Source of the DNA: a virus
Lineage: Duplodnaviria; Caudoviricetes
IMG/VR virus record: IMGVR_UViG_3300035113_000078
Coordinates: 738 to 64,737 of that record
Length of the DNA stretch: 64,000 bases
Reading direction: 5' to 3' (one strand)
Below are positions 8,450 through 18,638 of the stretch, piece by piece. Within the stretch, counting starts at the first letter, position 1; each line of letters begins with the position of its first letter. Made by a program: the position numbers and the translations under genes. The notes beneath the pieces were generated by a model. The model searched no databases. It saw only the letters and a program-made list of their open reading frames with translations, and had not been told where the DNA came from.

Positions 8450-11400
8450 ATGGACAGCCTCAGCGCGTTCAAGGCGTTCGTCGAGCAGGTTCGGGAGCAG
8501 TCCGACGTGGTCGAGATCATCGGTCGCGACGTAGCGCTGCGACAGGTCGGCAGCGCACTGAAAGGACTCTCGCCGTTCCATCCTGAGAACCACCCGTCGT
8601 TTGTGGTGTGGCCAAGGACGCAGAGCTGGCACGACTACTCCCACGGCGGCGGTCTCGGCGGCGACGTGTTCACGTATGTTCAGGAGCGCGAACAGCTCGG
8701 CTTCAAGGAGGCCGTGTTCTGGCTCGCCGATCGCGCCGGGATCCGCCGCCCGAACCAAGACGAGGCGTCGTGGACGCGGGCCCTCGCCCTGGCGGACGAA
8801 CGCCGGCAGATCGAGCGACTCCTCACCATCGCGGCCACGTACTACCATCGGGCTCTCCCGCCGGAGATCCGCGATCAGTACTTCAAACGGCGCTACGGCT
8901 TCACCGACGAGACGATCGATCAGTTGCGGCTGGGCTGGTCGGACGGGCGCTTGTTCGAGCACCTCACGCGCACCAGCGGTGCGACGCATCGGGCGCTACT
9001 CGGAACTGGCTTGTTCGTCCCGCTGAAAGGAGGTCGGGTTGTCGACTTCTACCGCAATCGGTTGGTGTTCCCGTATTGGCGCGGCGGTCGCGTCGTCTAC
9101 TTCACCGCACGCGCGACCGAACGCACCGGCGACGAACCGTGGGAACAGGCGAAGTACAGGAAGCTACGCGTCCATACCGAGCAGCAACGCTACATCTCGC
9201 CGACGGTTCGTAACGACTACTTCTTCAACGAGGACGCGGCTCGGGACGCCGAGGAGCTCGTCATCACCGAGGGGATTCCGGACTGCATCAGCGCCCTCCA
9301 GTCCGGCGTTGCCTGCATCTCCCCGGCGACCACGAGCCTGCGCACCCAGGACCTGGCTCGGCTTCTCGAACTGACGCGCAGCGCCAAGCGGATCGTCGTC
9401 TGTAACGACGCCGAGACCAGCGGTGCCGGGGACGCCAGTGCCACGTCGATCGCCGCCAGCCTGTGGGCCGGAGGGTGCGAGTCCTGCATCGCGTCGATCC
9501 CGCGCCCCGACGGCGTCGACAAGGTCGACCTCAACGATCTCGTGGTGGCGCAGGGGGCCGATGGGTTGCACGCCGTGCTTGCCCACGCGCTGCCCTATCC
9601 CGCGTTTCTCATCGAGCGCATCCCCAGCGACACCGCCAAGAGCGAGTTGGGTCGGCTGCTCGAGCCGGTACTCACCGCGATCATGCGGTGCCCGCCGATC
9701 CGGGCCGATGCATTTCTCGATGCGATCGCTGCCAAGTTCCAGCTGCGTCGGCGCTCCCTGCTCGAAACGGTCAAGCGGCACGAACAGAGGCGAGCCCGTG
9801 AAGCGAAGCCCGAGGCCGCGCCTCGAGCTCGGCCGAGCGCCCCGGCCATCCGAGGACCGACGACCGTCTCGGGTCCAACGGCTGGTGGTCCGGCCGGGCG
9901 ATCGCCGCGCCCGGAGATCTGTGTGACCGGCCGCCATCTTCACGATCTGGTCGTGGAGGCGCACGACGTCCTGGCGGTCGCAAACCAGCGCCGAACCGCG
10001 CGCGCAGCGACCGACAACGTCGAGGAGGACGAGATGCCGCTGTTCCGCCGCGGGAACATGCTCGCACGGCTCGAGCGCCCAGAGGACGAAGCACCCCGGC
10101 TCGCCGAGGTCAGCGAGCCATCGATGTACGGGCTGATCATGCGGGAGATCGATTGGGTGCGGGACAGTGAGCAGGGAGCGGTGCCCGTCTTCCCGCCCGA
10201 CAAGGTCGCCAGAGACGTCCTGATCCACCCTCGCTCGACCTTTGCCCGCGTGAACTCGGTGATCACGGCGCCGGCGTTCGGTCGCGATGGAGACCTGTTG
10301 CGAACGCCCGGTCTCCACGTGCGAGACCGGCTCTGGCTCGAGCCCGATCCATCGCTTCAGCTCCCAGCGGTCCCCGCGCACCCGACCCCCGAGGACGTTG
10401 CCGCGGCTCGAGCGTTGTTCTTCGACGATCTGCTGGTCGACTTCCCGTTCGACGGGCCGAGCGACCGCGCGCATGCGCTCGCAGCTCTCCTGCTGCCCTT
10501 CTTGCAGCGCATGATCGACGGATGCACGCCGTTGCATGTCATGGAAGCACCCGGCGTCGGCTCGGGGAAGGGGCTGCTTTGCAACCTGATCAGCATCCTG
10601 TTGACGGGCGCAGAATGCGCCACTTGTACGCTGCCGGAGTCCGACGAAGAGATTCGCAAGATGCTGACCTCCGAGCTGCTCATGGCCAGGCCGCTGGTCC
10701 TGCTCGACAACGCCAAGGATATGAAGGCAATTTCGTCGCCCGCGTTGGCAGCCGTGCTGACATCTCGGTCATGGACGGATCGGATCCTCGGCCGGAGCGA
10801 GATGGTGACGGTGCCCAACAAGGCCACGTGGATGCTGACCGGCAACAACCCGAAGCTGTCGCGCGATCTGGCACGCCGATCGATCCGCATCCGGATCGAT
10901 CCGAAGGTCGACCGGCCGTGGCTGCGTGCGAAGTTCAAGCACGATCCGCTGGAGCAATGGGCCAAGGATCACCGCAGCGCGCTGGTCCATGGCGCGCTGG
11001 TGCTCGTGCAGGCGTGGATCGCCGCCGGCCGGCCGCTATCGCGCGCGCGGCTGGGATCGTTCCAGATTTGGGCCAGCACCATGGGCGGACTCCTCGACGT
11101 CATCGACGTACCAGGGTTCCTCGGCAACCTGGACGCGCTCTACGCCTCCTCCGACGACGAGCAAACCGCGTGGCGTGAGTTCACGAGGGTGTGGTGGAAC
11201 ACCCTCGGCGCCGATCAAGTGCGGGTCTCGGCGTTGCTGGAGCTCTGCGAGAAACAGGAGCTGCTGTCGCACGTGATAGGCGACGGAACGACGCGCGCCC
11301 AGCAGGTCCGGCTCGGTCGTGCGCTGCAACGCGCACGTGACCGCATCTTCGGAGAGCTCCAGATCGTGGTCGGTGGCACCGATCGGGACTCGCGAACGCT

Positions 11401-11548
11401 GTACGCATTGCATCATGTCGAACCGGAATGTGCGCCGACCTCGCCCTACGACACCCGAGCCGTCGAGGTCGATCCGGAACGCCGAGAAGAGACACACTGG
11501 GTTCCCTACAGCGACGACGACGACGACCGCGGCGAAGCGCCCGAGTGA
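8450..11548 (+). CDS. DnaG-like primase fused to a C-terminal P-loop ATPase/helicase
   Basis: CHC2-like N-terminus (SPFH.E..PSF), TOPRIM (ITEGIPD, CNDAE, DLND), Walker A GVGSGKG, LLDN. Confidence 0.88.
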   Translation: MDSLSAFKAFVEQVREQSDVVEIIGRDVALRQVGSALKGLSPFHPENHPSFVVWPRTQSWHDYSHGGGLGGDVFTYVQEREQLGFKEAVFWLADRAGIRRPNQDEASWTRALALADERRQIERLLTIAATYYHRALPPEIRDQYFKRRYGFTDETIDQLRLGWSDGRLFEHLTRTSGATHRALLGTGLFVPLKGGRVVDFYRNRLVFPYWRGGRVVYFTARATERTGDEPWEQAKYRKLRVHTEQQRYISPTVRNDYFFNEDAARDAEELVITEGIPDCISALQSGVACISPATTSLRTQDLARLLELTRSAKRIVVCNDAETSGAGDASATSIAASLWAGGCESCIASIPRPDGVDKVDLNDLVVAQGADGLHAVLAHALPYPAFLIERIPSDTAKSELGRLLEPVLTAIMRCPPIRADAFLDAIAAKFQLRRRSLLETVKRHEQRRAREAKPEAAPRARPSAPAIRGPTTVSGPTAGGPAGRSPRPEICVTGRHLHDLVVEAHDVLAVANQRRTARAATDNVEEDEMPLFRRGNMLARLERPEDEAPRLAEVSEPSMYGLIMREIDWVRDSEQGAVPVFPPDKVARDVLIHPRSTFARVNSVITAPAFGRDGDLLRTPGLHVRDRLWLEPDPSLQLPAVPAHPTPEDVAAARALFFDDLLVDFPFDGPSDRAHALAALLLPFLQRMIDGCTPLHVMEAPGVGSGKGLLCNLISILLTGAECATCTLPESDEEIRKMLTSELLMARPLVLLDNAKDMKAISSPALAAVLTSRSWTDRILGRSEMVTVPNKATWMLTGNNPKLSRDLARRSIRIRIDPKVDRPWLRAKFKHDPLEQWAKDHRSALVHGALVLVQAWIAAGRPLSRARLGSFQIWASTMGGLLDVIDVPGFLGNLDALYASSDDEQTAWREFTRVWWNTLGADQVRVSALLELCEKQELLSHVIGDGTTRAQQVRLGRALQRARDRIFGELQIVVGGTDRDSRTLYALHHVEPECAPTSPYDTRAVEVDPERREETHWVPYSDDDDDRGEAPE

Positions 11549-11673
11549 TCCCGACGCCCGCGTCCGTGCCGCAGGGCCAGCAGGAATCGTGTGCCGGCGA
11601 TGTCGGCCTCGCCCGGCAGCGTGCCGTCGGTCTGGGTGGCCCGCTCCTGGCCGCGCTCGCGGGCGGAGGCCAG

Positions 11674-12708
11674 CTATTTGCCCTTGCCCTTGCGCTTGGA
11701 CCGCGGTGGTGCCGGCGCCTGGTTGGGATTGGGCGCGAGCGCGACGCGCGGATCGTTCAGATGCTTGACGTACGTCCTGATCATGCCGCCGGTCGCGGGG
11801 TGCTCGGCGGTTCCGCCGGTTTGACTTGCGTGGCCAATGCGCTGCGGGCCTCCGGGCTGGGTCGCCGCCGCGGTGATGAATTGCCCTGGGAGCTGGGCCG
11901 CGGTCACGCCTCTCCGGACCGCCGCCTTCTCCGCTTGATTGAGTTGATCTGGCGAATACGCGCCAACCTTGCGCGGCGCCGTAACAGCCTGGCGCTGCTT
12001 GTTTTTCAGCTTCTTCTGCTTGGCTTCGAGGTTCTTTTGACTCTGGGTCTTGGCTTTCTTGGTCTGGGCTGCCGCGCTGCCGTTACTCGGCGCGTCGCTG
12101 CGCCCCCCGACCGCTTGACCGATGAACCCCGACGGGAGCGACGGCAGCCTTGGGCCGACTCGCCTCGCTAGCGTTCCGCGGCCGGCCCATTCGGTGGCAC
12201 GAGTCGCCAGCTCCGCAGCTTCCCGATCGAGCACCGGATCGCGCATGACCAATACCCGCGCAACATCGCGGTTGATGACGCGCGCACGCCGCTGTTGCAG
12301 CACGTGGGACAGTTCATGGGCGAGTAGCCACAGGCCCTCGGCCGTCCGAGCGAGGCCCGCCCCGGGGCCGAGCCCGATCTGATCGCCGATCGTCACCGCG
12401 TCGGCACCCAGCATTCCAGCGATCGGCCCGCGATGCACGGTCACCGCGGACAGGTCCTCCTGGAAGAAGTCCTCGAGCCGCGGGCGGAGCTCGGGATCGA
12501 GCGGCGAGGCCAGTCCCATCGCGCGCACGATCCGCGGCGCCAGCCACGAGGTGTGAGCCGGCTCGGCGATGCGCGGCTGTACCGCCGATCGGCCGCGGCT
12601 GGTCGCTGGCGAGATCCCAGGCAGCGGCGCCGGTCGGAACGCTTGCGGGCGATAGCTGTCGACCCGAAAACAGCCTTGCAACACGAGCCCAAGCGTTCCG
12701 TCGGTCAT
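11674..12708 (-). CDS. DUF4157 (eCIS core) domain protein with basic C-terminal extension
   Basis: FFQEDLSAVTVH...GADAVTIG...LLAHELSHVLQQR. Confidence 0.8.
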   Translation of the reverse strand: MTDGTLGLVLQGCFRVDSYRPQAFRPAPLPGISPATSRGRSAVQPRIAEPAHTSWLAPRIVRAMGLASPLDPELRPRLEDFFQEDLSAVTVHRGPIAGMLGADAVTIGDQIGLGPGAGLARTAEGLWLLAHELSHVLQQRRARVINRDVARVLVMRDPVLDREAAELATRATEWAGRGTLARRVGPRLPSLPSGFIGQAVGGRSDAPSNGSAAAQTKKAKTQSQKNLEAKQKKLKNKQRQAVTAPRKVGAYSPDQLNQAEKAAVRRGVTAAQLPGQFITAAATQPGGPQRIGHASQTGGTAEHPATGGMIRTYVKHLNDPRVALAPNPNQAPAPPRSKRKGKGK

Positions 12709-13049
12709 CGCCGATTCCCTTCTTTGCCGCGCCCAGGTGCGCGCAGCGCGACGGTAGCCGGCGGCGCGGTCGCTCGCGAGTTTTTGGCACCGCGACCGAC
12801 GACCGCTCGCGATCACCGGCGGTCGACCGCGAGCGCCAGCATGCCGCTCTTTGGCGGCGGGCTACTTACGTAGCCAGCGTCGTTCAGCGTCTACTAGCCA
12901 TCGCGAGACGATAAGGCCTCCGCCTCAGCGGTATCGAGCCAGCGCTAGGCAATGCGGCGGGCGGCTCGCCACGGCCAGATCGTGGCAGCTGCGGCCGTGT
13001 TGCTGGAAGCGATTGTGCGCCGGGTCCATGACCTGCGTCGGCACCGTTC

Positions 13050-13979
13050 TTAGTCGACATTTCGATAGGGGACATCGAAACCAAGCGCGACCGCACGGCT
13101 ATACTGCTGAGCGGGAAGCTCTCTTTCCATTTCCATAATTAGCCAGTGGAGTGCTGAGCGTACAAATTCTACGGACTCCTCGCTGCGATGCCGCGATACG
13201 TTGTCTAGCGCGCCGTTGATGATATTGTGCAGGGCGAGCTCTGCTCGGACATCCTCGGTATACACGAGAGCCTCCACGAGCTCGGCGCGGTCCTCGTGGT
13301 TGAGCGTTTCGGGGTCGACCGCGACCAGTAGCTCAACGAGCGCATCGGGCGGGAATCGTTGTTCCGAGTAGAACAGTGTCAGACTACTTCGATCGTGCCA
13401 ATCAAGGCTCGGCCAAATGTCCAAGGCGAGGCGGGCGAGGGCTTCATGGTGTTGCCGAACGAGGTCGGCCATTGGCTCTGACAGAGTCCCAAGCAAAAAG
13501 TCAACGCGCGTGAGCACGTACGCCAGACTCTCCGACGTTCCGAAACTGAGGAGCACCTCCACAGCACGCTGATAGGCGCGATCGAGGTTCTCGCATAGCT
13601 CATGTTCTGGCACCTTTTCAGTCAGCAGCACGCACAGTACTTGCACCACATCTGGGTAGTGCGCGCGCAGCCTCGCGGCCAGCTCCGTCAACGGGATGTT
13701 CTCGGCGAGAAGGGATTCCAGCTGATCCCATGAGCACGAGTCTGCACCTTCAGGACGAAGCCCATCGATATACTCCGCGAGCTGGGCGCCATCGTCCCGC
13801 GCCGCACACTGCAGCCATCGGACGAGTTCGGCCGCCAACTCGTTGGCTTCGGACTTCGGCTTGCTGGCCGCGTTCACGAGGTCCGCAAGTGTCTCAACTG
13901 CGCGCTGCAGGGTCGCCGGCGTCCAACCATGAATCTGCACTGAGTCTCGAAGAGTTACACCGCTGCGTTGGTCGATCAT
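13050..13979 (-). CDS. Hypothetical acidic helical protein
   Basis: AGGAGG RBS before ATG 13979; lower GC than its neighbours. Confidence 0.7.
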   Translation of the reverse strand: MIDQRSGVTLRDSVQIHGWTPATLQRAVETLADLVNAASKPKSEANELAAELVRWLQCAARDDGAQLAEYIDGLRPEGADSCSWDQLESLLAENIPLTELAARLRAHYPDVVQVLCVLLTEKVPEHELCENLDRAYQRAVEVLLSFGTSESLAYVLTRVDFLLGTLSEPMADLVRQHHEALARLALDIWPSLDWHDRSSLTLFYSEQRFPPDALVELLVAVDPETLNHEDRAELVEALVYTEDVRAELALHNIINGALDNVSRHRSEESVEFVRSALHWLIMEMERELPAQQYSRAVALGFDVPYRNVD

Positions 13980-14267
13980 GCACCAGCCTCCTGTCACGTC
14001 CGGCTACCGCAGTCCTCGCGCGAATGCAAGAGGACGACAGGCCGAGCGCTCGCGCCCTGGATCCCATCTGTGCTACCCGAGCATCCGATCCATGCTTTTC
14101 ACTCGGCAACGCGTCAGGCCGAGCACCGGATCGGCCGCTCTCACGTGGCAAAGTCCAGGCAGAGATCGCTCCCTGCGTGCCGCGCGAGCGAGTCTGGCGA
14201 CGGGCGGAGTGCGGCAGCGTGCGGCCCAAGCGGTGCAACCGCGTGTCTGGCAACGCGCTTGTCGTCG

Positions 14268-14846
14268 TCAATTGCTTCCGTATCCGGGAACCGCCGCGAG
14301 CCTCGGCGTCGTCGTGCGCGGCCGCGCGCGTCGCGGGCGGCTTGCCCGAGTCGGCTTTCGGGCGCGCGTTGCCGTCCCCGCCGTGGTTGCGGCGGCCGCG
14401 ATGCTGCGCGCCAAGTTCGCCGGCCAGTCCACGCTGCGGGGCGCTGTCGTGTCGCGCAGCGCGAGCCGGCAGCCGTTGGCGACCGCGTTGATCACGACCA
14501 GGTAGCCGAGCGCGATCGCGCTCAGCCAGCCCGCGTCGGCGGTCATCATGATGCCCTCGAGCAACGCGGTGAAGCCGATCGCCTTCACCCGCGAGCCGAA
14601 CATGTCGCTCGACCAGCCGAGCACGGTCAGCGCCGAGAACACGAGCCCGGCATAGACGATCGCCGCCTTCGGGCAGTCGAGCGGCGACCACGAGGTCAGC
14701 TCGTAGTGGCCGAGCTCGAATACGCCGACCGGGACGAGCCCGGCGGTGGCGCCGAGTAGCGCGGCGACCGGCTTCTGCCGGGCAACGCGAAGCTGGGCGA
14801 GGGGGTTGGTGGTTGCACTGGAGTCCATGATGTTCGTCATTCGCAT
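14268..14846 (-). CDS. Hypothetical membrane protein
   Basis: About four hydrophobic segments; start uncertain. Confidence 0.6.
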   Translation of the reverse strand: MRMTNIMDSSATTNPLAQLRVARQKPVAALLGATAGLVPVGVFELGHYELTSWSPLDCPKAAIVYAGLVFSALTVLGWSSDMFGSRVKAIGFTALLEGIMMTADAGWLSAIALGYLVVINAVANGCRLALRDTTAPRSVDWPANLARSIAAAATTAGTATRARKPTRASRPRRARPRTTTPRLAAVPGYGSN

Positions 14847-15595
14847 TCGTCCGGTGAGTTGTTCGCGCTCGTCGCGCGCAGTCACACGTTGCATCCGACG
14901 TCTCGAGAATCAACGCAGTACCAGGAACCTCAGGATGTCATCCAACTGCAAAGCGCGAGTGAAGCAACAACACATCTGTAATGACAATACTCTGAGATGG
15001 CATACGCGCCGGTGATAGCCGCGTGTGCCGGCTCGGATCTGCGGGGTTGGCAGAACATGGCAACACCGCGGCCTGGGTATTCGAGGTGGGCTGGCGCTTC
15101 AACGCTTGTGAGAAAGGCTCTCCGCCCCCTATCAGGACCGCTACGTCGCTTCGCGGCCAGCGGAGAGCCTTCGCTCGATCTCGGCGTCAATGCTTCTCTC
15201 GGACGCGGCGCTTCGCGGCCTTGACCTCCGGCCGAGCTGCGGCTGGAGCGGCAACTGCCGGGGCGGCTTGCTGCCGCCGTTGCGCGAGGTGAATGCAACC
15301 AAGCGACGATCCAGATCGGGCCGCCCACGCTGTGCCGAGCTGTCACCTGGTGTTCCGAGGACCCCCGCTCCCGAGGTGTGCGTTTCGGAGAATAAAATCG
15401 CGATCTTGGAATAGGAGCATGGGTCGCTTCTGACGAGCAGAGCCGGGTCATGTCTGGCGAGCGTTGAACGGCTGGCTCTGCGTCGTTGTTGCATAGCCGG
15501 TGACAGAGCCTTACGAACATCGGCAAGTCTGCCGTCGACGGTGCCACCGCCGCGAGCAGCGGGTGCTGTGGTAGGAAACCAGGAAGGTCGGAGTT

Positions 15596-17686
15596 ATGCA
15601 GTTCAGTTCGCCGGGGACGTCCTCAGATTCCAATGCTACCGAGTCACTTGCGCTGGACCGAGAGAGCTTCGAGTACCTGGCTTTGAATCCGAGCTTGTGC
15701 CATCCCGGACCCATCCGCGCTGCCGTCGATCGGGCGGACTACGACGACGCCGCGATCCGGACGCTGGCAGCTTGCAAGCTCGGCGTCTCGGTCCCCGCCG
15801 AGCTGATCGCCGACGTCCTGGTCGGCGTTGATCGCATCGAGGTGTTCTTGCCGCTCGCGCGACAGACGACCGTCGAGATGCTCCTCGAGCTTCTTCGTCG
15901 CAAGCGGTTCGCAGACGAGCCGAGTGGCGTCGCCCAGACGAGCTACGCCGCGTTCGCGCTGTGGCAGCTGCAAGCGTCGGAGGTCGTGCGGCGCGCGCTC
16001 GTGCCGCGACTGCGAGGTCTGGCGCGCCGCGCCGAGCTGCCGGCACTCGCCAGCGGCTTCGTGGCTTATCTCATGACCGAGCTTGATGACGCGCAGCTCC
16101 GATCCATCTACGAGAAGCAGCAGGGGGCGATCTCGGACCAGCGGGTGAAGACCTTCGGTCAGATCATGCGCGAGTTCTGGAGCGTGCCGATCGACGGGAT
16201 CGTGTCACTGCTCCCTCAACAAGTCGTGGAGCCGCAGCCGGCCGACGTGCCTGCGCGCGCGGCGACGAAGCCGGGCCGGAACGAGCCGTGCCCTTGCGGC
16301 AGCGGGAAGAAGTTCAAGAAGTGCCATGGGGAGATCGCGCCTGCATTCGCGGAGCCCCGAGTCCCGCGGGCCGCGCGCCTACGCGCGATCGAGGCGCAGC
16401 TGGACCACAAGCAGATCGGTCAGCTGTCGCGTGCCGACCTCGCCGAGCTCGACCTGCGTCGCCTGCGGGCCAACTCGCTCATCGAGCTGATCCGACGCCA
16501 GGGTCGGCTTCGCGATTGGCCTCGCGCAATGCTGGCCCGCGAAGAATATGTCCGCCGATTCGGCAATGGGTTTGCGGCCGAGGAGCTGCTGAAGCAGATC
16601 ATCTCCCAGGCGTTCGTCGCCGGCCACGTGGACGTGGCTGAGCAGCTCATGGCACGGCTCGACGATCCAACGTCGGACCCATTTCTGGCGCTCGAGCTCG
16701 CGATGGCGACGACCGATGCCGACGGTCCCCTCGCTCTGTTGGAGAACGCAGCTCGTGCTGTGGTGCGGCAACGAGGTGACATGACCGCGCGGGAGCTGGC
16801 CGACGTCGTCGTTCGTTGGTCGCCATCGCTCGGGATCTTCGTCGCTCGCGGCGCGCTGGCGACGAACTCGCTCTACGACGGCAATGACCTTCTCGAATGG
16901 ATCGAGGGAGCGCGAGACGACCTCGAACTTGCACCCGGTGATCCTGCCCAGGACGTATTCGATGCGATGGGCGGTCAGCGGAAAGCGAAAGCCGATGTGA
17001 AGCTCGCCGAGGCTGAACGCGATCGGCTCAACCAGACGGCGCTCGACCTCCAGGCGCGGCTCGATGGCGTCACCGGTCGGCTTCACGCGATGGAGCAGCA
17101 GTCAGCCGAGCGGGAGCGCGAGCTCGATCGCGCCCTACGGACCGCGGCAGAGTCGCACCAGCGCGCGACCCAGACGCAGACCGATACCTCCCAGCTCGAG
17201 CTTCGCGCTCTGCGGCAGAAGATCGATGACCTCCAGGCCGGCATTCGGGAACGGAACGAAGAACGTGCCGAGCTCCGTCGCGAGCTCGCGCAGCTGATCG
17301 AGGCGGATCGGCATGCCCAGCCCCGGCAGCCCGATGTCACGCGCGGCAGCGAGTCCGACGCGGACGACGACGACGTGGACGACCTGCCGGAGGGCACCGT
17401 GCACCCCGTGCGGTTGCTGCGGTTCCGGCCGGCGGCCGAGGCGGCGTTCGGAACCGTTCCTCGCGACATCGCCGCGAACGCCATGCGGACGATCGGCGCG
17501 CTGGCCGCTGGTGACGCAGCGGCCTGGCGGAAGGTGAAGCAGGCCAAGGACATGCCGCGGCAGGTGCTCATCGCGCGCGTCGGCATCCACTACAGGTTGC
17601 TGCTACGCACCGACGAGGGGCCGCTCGAGGTTCTCGATCTGCTGACGCGCCAGAACGAGGACGTCGCCCTCAGGCGCCTTCGGTAG
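15596..17686 (+). CDS. SEC-C motif protein with coiled coil and RelE/ParE-like C-terminus
   Basis: PGRNEPCPCGSGKKFKKCHG; C-terminal IARVGIHYRLLL...LEVLDLLTR. Confidence 0.8.
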   Translation: MQFSSPGTSSDSNATESLALDRESFEYLALNPSLCHPGPIRAAVDRADYDDAAIRTLAACKLGVSVPAELIADVLVGVDRIEVFLPLARQTTVEMLLELLRRKRFADEPSGVAQTSYAAFALWQLQASEVVRRALVPRLRGLARRAELPALASGFVAYLMTELDDAQLRSIYEKQQGAISDQRVKTFGQIMREFWSVPIDGIVSLLPQQVVEPQPADVPARAATKPGRNEPCPCGSGKKFKKCHGEIAPAFAEPRVPRAARLRAIEAQLDHKQIGQLSRADLAELDLRRLRANSLIELIRRQGRLRDWPRAMLAREEYVRRFGNGFAAEELLKQIISQAFVAGHVDVAEQLMARLDDPTSDPFLALELAMATTDADGPLALLENAARAVVRQRGDMTARELADVVVRWSPSLGIFVARGALATNSLYDGNDLLEWIEGARDDLELAPGDPAQDVFDAMGGQRKAKADVKLAEAERDRLNQTALDLQARLDGVTGRLHAMEQQSAERERELDRALRTAAESHQRATQTQTDTSQLELRALRQKIDDLQAGIRERNEERAELRRELAQLIEADRHAQPRQPDVTRGSESDADDDDVDDLPEGTVHPVRLLRFRPAAEAAFGTVPRDIAANAMRTIGALAAGDAAAWRKVKQAKDMPRQVLIARVGIHYRLLLRTDEGPLEVLDLLTRQNEDVALRRLR

Positions 17687-17838
17687 CGGTCGTAACGACC
17701 GCGCACGAGGTGTCCGGGAGCGTGCCGGCCATGCGCACAACGCAACCCGGCGTCGAGCCGCCTGCCGGGCGGTGAGGTGAGTTCGCGCGCGGTGTACCCG
17801 CGGGTGGCGGTCGCGGCGTCGTTGTCTCGTCTCGATCG

Positions 17839-18158
17839 CGTGCGGGATCTCGTGGCTCGAGATCCCGCGCTAGATCCCGCACGAGATCCCGCACAGGTTT
17901 CTTTATTGCTTTCGGTATCTTATCGGATTTGCGGGATCTGCGGGATCTCCAAGGGGGATTTCACGCGCAACTCGCAGTCTTCTCTTCCGGGGAAGACCTC
18001 TCTTCGAAAGAAATACAGATGGCGTATTGGAGGAAAACCCCCGCGGGAGATCCCGCAGATCCCGCACTAGGACCTAACCAGTGGCAATTAACTCCGATTT
18101 CGGTGCGGGATCTCGTGCGGGATCTAGCGCGGGATCTCCGACCACGAGATCCCGCACG
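17839..18158. repeat. Nested inverted repeats with 12 GCGGGATCT iterons; putative replication origin
   Basis: 56-bp arms 17839-17894 and 18103-18158 (3 mismatches); perfect 21-bp inner arms 17930-17950 and 18046-18066; AT-richer spacers. Confidence 0.85.
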
Positions 18159-18257
18159 AGCTAGCTGCGTACGCAGGCTGCGAAGGGTCCTTGATGCGCC
18201 CGGCGGGCCACGGCGTGGGCTCTCGAATAGGCTTCACCGCTCGCGCGTAGCGTAGGC

Positions 18258-18515
18258 ATGCTGAACAACGTTTCATCGTTTACGCCCGACATGACTCCCT
18301 GGATCCGCATCACGCGCCTCCTGCAGCGCAGCGAGATCAAGGAGTACTGCTGGGAGCTCATTCGTCCCCGATCAGAACCTGCCGTAGAGGGGAACTGCGC
18401 ACCCGATGAGGTGTCCGCACGCAGCGCAGCGCAACGTCGAGCCGACGAGCTCGGCCTCGGCGAGCTTCCCGTCGAGCTCGGTATCGACGGAATCTGGGCT
18501 GGAAAGTTCCACTAA
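18258..18515 (+). CDS. Small hypothetical protein
   Basis: 85-aa ORF with protein-like composition; no motif. Confidence 0.35.
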   Translation: MLNNVSSFTPDMTPWIRITRLLQRSEIKEYCWELIRPRSEPAVEGNCAPDEVSARSAAQRRADELGLGELPVELGIDGIWAGKFH

Positions 18516-18638
18516 TTCAAGCCGGCGCTGCGGCGCAGCGTCTTCCGCGCTGCAGGTCGCACGTCGCTCGCGGAGATCGGCCCTCGCGTGTGCGGGCTGA
18601 CGCCAGCCGCGTCCGTCATGGACGGATCGGCGAACCGA

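Noticed and set aside
17839-18158. CRISPR array or IS ends
   Set aside because: Repeats are 9 bp in both orientations with irregular gaps; no cas genes and no transposase between the arms.
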